Of a stretch of 64,000 nt of DNA, positions 59,152-64,000 are shown one piece after another (position 1 is the first letter of the stretch; every line of letters starts with the position of its first letter). Source of the stretch: Bugula neritina (lineage: Eukaryota > Animalia > Bryozoa); the NCBI GenBank assembly GCA_964035545.1, contig OZ037765.1, positions 33,541,504-33,605,503 of the forward strand. The letters run 5' to 3'. The notes under the pieces were generated by a model, which saw only the letters and a list, made by a program, of their open reading frames with translations, was not told where the DNA came from and ran no database searches. The translations under genes were made by a program, and so were the position numbers.

Positions 59152-61420
59152 TTACTGTTTACTGGCACGTCTACTCTCGACTGCATCAACATAGGAAAAG
59201 ACCGGACAGCGTGGTTGTGAAACGTGACTAGGGCTTTTCACTTCCAGCGGATGAATCTCGTGTGAGATTCCGCCGAGGCAAAAGTTGAGATTCTCGTGGT
59301 GATCACAACTCCCACCGCTTTTTGCCTGTTTTCCCATGCGAGGCCTCTCTAGACTTTTGTTACTGCCGCTTATACCGCGGTCACGTACACAGTCTCTGAG
59401 ACACGCTGGAAGTTGCCTAGTGTGTGGTCCTGGTCCTATGTTGGTATCTCCTTGCGGAGCCCCTCCCACGGGGGGTTTTTGCACTTCCGGACCTGTTTCT
59501 GGTTCCGGAAGTGGTGATGATGGCAGGCTTGACGTTGGGGGCGGTGAGCGCACTTTCAAGGACGGAAGTGGCCTTTTTCGCCTCGCCAAGTCTTCCTGAC
59601 GTGTCATGGAGGTGTTTCCGGCCAGGTTGACAGTCTCTGCCTGCCGAGACCTTCTCGCACAATGCGTCTGCCGCCCCACTTCACCAGGGAGACGGCTATG
59701 CTTGTTGGTCTGGCAGACTTTGCACCGTCTCACTCTGCGTCGGATATCCCGTTCCATGTTAGGCCAGTACCACCGGAGTTGTAGCTTGGTGACCACCCCT
59801 TGGACTCCTCCGTGAGTCTCCTCGTGGGTGTCTTGTACCAACTTCCGGCGTATGGCAACTGGGCAGACAACCCTCTTCCTGGCTGGCTGTCTGCTGTTGG
59901 CGGCCAAGGTCATGGTTAGCAGACCATCTGGCCCGACCCGCAGAGAGCTCCAACGTTGACAGTACAGCCGTAACTCGGCGCATCCCTGTCGCCGTTGTGT
60001 ACTACTGGGTCGTCGCCCCTCCTGTTTCGCTCGGTACACGTCGGCTACCACCCCAGGAAGGCATTCCTGGAGCTTCGGCAGCTCCCTAACGTTACCAGCC
60101 CATACAGGTTTGGCGCGGAGGCTCTGGGCAGCCTCCGGGGGCGTGTCAGCCCTCTGTTGGAGTGGCTGAGCAGGGGCGGTCCTCGCCGCCCGTGGTACCT
60201 CACGGCAGCCTGCTCTATTTAGGCGGGCTCCGTGGTCTGTGTGGCTGAACGCCTCACTGTACCCATGTGGCAACCTAGCCATAGCCTGGCGCTTCCCGTT
60301 GCCTGTGCAGCCACGCGTCCCTGGAGGAGGGGAGGCGTGGGTTGGGACGGTCCTCCGCCCTCGAGACGGGCTCTGCTGAGGACCTTCCGTCGTAGCTCCC
60401 GACGACGGCCCAATGGCTTCCTCCTGTACAGGATGGAAGCGACCCAGCATGGATCTGGGTGGTAGGTCTACTGTCTCTGAGAAGGGGTTGACACACTGCA
60501 CTGAGATCTCTCCTTGCCCCGTGAGCCGGCTAAAACTACGGGCAAGTTGGACTCTCGAGTGCGTACTTTCGACAACTCCCAACTTAGAGGTTTGGCCACC
60601 GTCTACCTTGCAGCGGACGGTAGCCCGGGAGTGGCCTGGTATAGTACAGCTCCGTACTACCTGCACTGCTCCCGCTAGAGGACGACCAAACTTATCGACA
60701 CAAGCGAGCTCCTTGTCGCCCATGATTATCGCAGATTTACTGAAATCGATGCGACAACCGTGTCGTTGTAAGAATGGCATCCCGAGGATAGCATCCTCGT
60801 TGAGCTGCCCGACGATAAACGTCTCTTGGATGGCCTGGTTACGGACGTAACCAGTTAGCTCAATAATGCCGTAGAAGGGAATGCACGACCCGTCTGCCAG
60901 GGTGCCATGATCCCCCTCATACGGTGCCAACCCGTCCTTGACCTTAGCGCTGAGGGTGTCAAAGAACTGACGGCTAAGGAGGTTGGTGGTGCAGCCGGAG
61001 TCCAGGAGGAAGTTGGCAGGCTTGCCGGCTAACTTCCCTGGTAGGAAGTAGCTACTTCCGTGCGGCTGCAATTGAGTGTGCCGTGGTTGCACCTCCCTCG
61101 CTGTGGGTCGAGGGGTCCACGGTTGGCGGCGACTATTGACCAGCTGCCGAGGTTGGGGCGGTACGCCTTGCGGCGCTTGTACCGTTTCCCTCGCAGGCTC
61201 TGTGGTCAACCGTCTGCCGGCTCCGTGTTGGTGCCGGAGTGGCGTAGAGGACCCAGGCGGCGAGTGGCTTGAGCCTACTTGCCGCGGGGGTCGCCACTTC
61301 ACAGCATCTCCGCGCGGCGCCCAGCGGGGCGACAGACGCGCGGGCCTCCCTGGGTGATTCACAGACGGCCCGCAGGAGGTGGGAACATCTGCGGGCCGGG
61401 GTAGTTTAACCCTGGTGGGA
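59152..61420 (-). CDS. Reduced pol in the -1 frame: aspartic protease + integrase zinc-binding (HHCC) remnant; no RT, RNase H or DDE core
   Basis: FLLDSGCTTNL and DAILGMPFL (retropepsin); THEETHGG..LRWYWPNMERDIRRRVRRCKVCQ (HHCC). No YxDD seen. Overlaps gag at the slippery-like G TTA AAC near 61404-61410. Confidence 0.82.
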
Positions 61421-62309
61421 GTTGAGGGCAGTTTCTCTGGAAATGTCCTGGCCTTCCGCATTCCCAGCAGAAGTGGTGCCCCATGCCTGGTGATTGTACC
61501 TGCGGCCCGCAAGGCTCACGGGCAGTATCTACCTGGCTTGGGGAGGCTAATGTGGTGACCAGTTTATCTAGCATGTCAGTCATCTGTGAGATTTTTGACG
61601 CTAGCGACATCTGGTTCACACTAGCCACCGCGGAGGGTTCCGCATTTAATTCGGTGTGAGCAGTAGAGTGCTCCGTGGTCACCTGGCGGGAGGCCACGCG
61701 GTTGCGGTGCATATGAGTCGCCAAGAGATAGGCTTCTCCCACCGCAAGTGCATCTTCGACTGTGGTGACTCCCCTCGCTTGGAGTTGATGGTGGAGCCCC
61801 AAGTCGTTGATGGACTGCACGAAGGCATCATAGGTATACCTCTCACGGTGTACCGGAGGGAGATCGCGGAATGCGATCTGCGCTAATGGGTACACCGTGG
61901 CAGCGTGCTCTTCTAGTGACGTGTGAGGATCACGCCGCATCCTCTGTAGACGGGCCCGCGCATCTATGGGAGAGATGCCAAAACGGGCCCGCAGGGAAGC
62001 AAAGATTCCGTCTATGTCAGGTCCAGCTCCGTACGGCTTAGCTTTGCCCGTCAGCGCCATCCTGAGCTTTAGCAACGCCACCCTTGGCGGCCATTCTGCA
62101 ATCTCCATTACATCCTGGAATTCTTGGATGAACTGCTCCACTGCTTCTTCGCCAGTGAAGTTGGGCGCCTTCAGCCGATATCTATCTTCACCATGCTCTC
62201 TAAGAATTCTCACTTCTTCATCTAACACCACTGGTTCCACAGGTATATCAACATTATCTCTCTCACCTTCATTCAGTGGAATGGGTAGCTCCGTGCCGTC
62301 TTCTGCCAT
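61359..62309 (-). CDS. gag: Gag with CCHC zinc knuckle
   Basis: Intact ORF from MAEDG: APNFTGEEAVEQFIQEF..W..LRMALTGKA and CWECGRPGHFQRNC. Confidence 0.9.
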   Translation of the reverse strand: MAEDGTELPIPLNEGERDNVDIPVEPVVLDEEVRILREHGEDRYRLKAPNFTGEEAVEQFIQEFQDVMEIAEWPPRVALLKLRMALTGKAKPYGAGPDIDGIFASLRARFGISPIDARARLQRMRRDPHTSLEEHAATVYPLAQIAFRDLPPVHRERYTYDAFVQSINDLGLHHQLQARGVTTVEDALAVGEAYLLATHMHRNRVASRQVTTEHSTAHTELNAEPSAVASVNQMSLASKISQMTDMLDKLVTTLASPSQVDTAREPCGPQVQSPGMGHHFCWECGRPGHFQRNCPQLPPGLNYPGPQMFPPPAGRL

Positions 62310-62325
62310 GACTGCTATACGCAAG

Positions 62326-62343
62326 ATCCCACTGCTGCCACCA
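62326..62343 (-). other. Primer-binding site, tRNA-Leu-like
   Basis: TGGTGGCAGCAGTGGGAT starts 1 nt inside the 5' LTR boundary and is complementary to a tRNA-Leu-type 3' end (...AUCCCACYGCUGCCACCA). Confidence 0.8.
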
Positions 62344-62344
62344 C

Positions 62345-62696
62345 TGTAGTAATTTGTGCAATTACTGAGCGTGAGTTATTTACTTGCGTATAGTTAGCTG
62401 GTTATTCTGTTATCAATTACTAAGGTAGCTGTCGAGTAATTATATTTATTATCCACAATAAAGCATAAACCAAACATCACATCAAATTATCCTATACAAG
62501 AGTCAACTACTAACACATGTTACTACTACAAGCCTCCGCTTACAACAACGTGATATAATGTTAATAACCCGGGAAGTGTCATGTGAATCGGAAGCATATC
62601 TTCCGGAGCTGCTAATTGGTTGCTACATAAGAGTCTAAGTATTCCAAGAGTAGGGAGAGGGCGATTCCTGTATTTGTACTTGCACTACTCACTACA
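62345..62696 (-). repeat. 5' LTR
   Basis: Direct repeat of 57433-57784; followed on the minus strand by the PBS. Confidence 0.96.
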
Positions 62697-64000
62697 GTAC
62701 TAACTGTGGTGTATGAGCATGTTAATTCAAATTGAAAATGTTGGAAATTACTTTTGCATGTATTGAGAAAACTGGTATTTGTATTTTAGATGAAGTGGGC
62801 TACTAGATGATCAGGTTTTGCCAAAGAAATACTAGAATGTCTACTCAGGACATCCTTTCTATAATGTCAGCTGCAGCGTTTATAGGATGTTTAGATTCTC
62901 TACTCCACTCTACTCTTTTTCTATATTCAAAAAGGATAATACTCTACAATTGTCACCTATATCTCAAGACTCTACCTGCCAAGATAGGACTTTTATCAAC
63001 GGATATAAAGCTATAAAAATTAAACTTAAAATAATCGATAGGACTAATCACCCTAGCAATGTGTCCTTTGGTTAGACTTTTGCAGCTTGATTTTTTATAG
63101 ATTCTGCTTCTTTACAAAGTCAGTCTTGCCATTATTCATTATTTGATGTTTGAGAAAAATAATTCGGAAACTAACCTATTATTTCCCCATGTTTTTAATA
63201 TACTTATAGGATGTATTTATATAAAAAGGCCTGACTTGCTCCTTCACAATAGTTAACAGCTGTTATACCTTCTGCATGTTCAGTTTATTTATAGAACTTG
63301 TTACTTCTATGCCTCATCATATGTATATAGAATAATTATGTTATGCTTTCAGATCCACACTGATCTTTATTTGTGATCTTTAGTAATGGCTATCTGGTGT
63401 TTAACTAAATATAAATCTGGTTGATTTGTTACATATGCCTAAATTCTTGAGTCAATTCTTGTTATGAAATGTTATATCTGCAGTATCAAAATATAGCAGA
63501 TAGGCTAATGCATTGCTAATATTTGAGCTGATTAAATGACACCTATATCAGACTGAAAAAAAAAGAATCCACAATGGACATCTTTTATTTTATCTTAAGG
63601 AGGCTTTCTTTTCAAAATCTCAATACTTGCCTAGCCAAGATTAAAACTTTTCATCTTGAATGTTTTACTCAGGCAAGCATAGCGTCAGTCAGTAAGTCTA
63701 ACTAGACACAGCTTTTTCTATTAGATGCTAAATTTAGAAACATACAATATAGTTGATAATCTTGGTTCTGAGTTGGTATACGAGTCCTTGATATCACGCT
63801 TGAGTGAACACTGCGTTAGCGGTTGCCAGCAGTACACAGTAGCCCAGTGTTGAGCAACTAGATATAGCTCATAGTCAATTTGTACATTCAGCTAGAAACC
63901 ATGTAGGCTTGATTGGACTCTTCAGAGTTTAGACTGTATACAACAGGAAGCAAATATAGAATATTTATAGCACAGGCTCCTACCTTTTATATATAAGTTC

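Larger units (their letters stand above)
57433..62696 (-). mobile_element. Ty3/Gypsy-type LTR retrotransposon, non-autonomous (no RT/RNase H), very recent
   Basis: Two 352-bp LTRs with TGTAGT...ACTACA ends and 2 differences seen by eye. GTAC 4-bp TSD (57429-57432 / 62697-62700). PBS, PPT, gag and protease are present. Confidence 0.96.

Noticed and set aside
59336-62349. Plus-strand ORFs within the LTR element
   Set aside because: Antisense shadows of GC-rich gag/pol with no recognisable motifs.

Overview
This is AT-rich, intron-containing animal (invertebrate-like) genomic DNA, not prokaryotic. From left to right it holds: the 5' half of a PDK1 kinase gene (minus; runs off the window; one intron looks U12-type); a LINE RT fragment; a complete 12-exon myocardin-related transcription factor gene (plus); an intronless FAM173/ATPSCKMT-like methyltransferase (minus); and a long (GT)n. 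The main finding is a minus-strand gene at about 25.8-43.3 kb. Its hand-spliced exons join in phase into an LRR-Roc-COR-caspase protein of at least 1389 aa (N-terminus not located). The LRR part is encoded by eight tandemly duplicated, phase-symmetric 138-nt cassette exons whose differences cluster at the predicted ligand-binding face. This suggests a diversifying, self-contained sensor-to-protease innate immune or cell-death receptor. Upstream lie a minisatellite with nested MITE and RTE insertions (the RTE has a twister-like ribozyme motif), an intron-containing Neuron navigator pseudogene fragment and a second MITE. Last comes a very young, RT-less Gypsy-type LTR element with an extra zinc-finger ORF. 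Exon structures were inferred by eye from splice signals and reading phase; no database searches were run.
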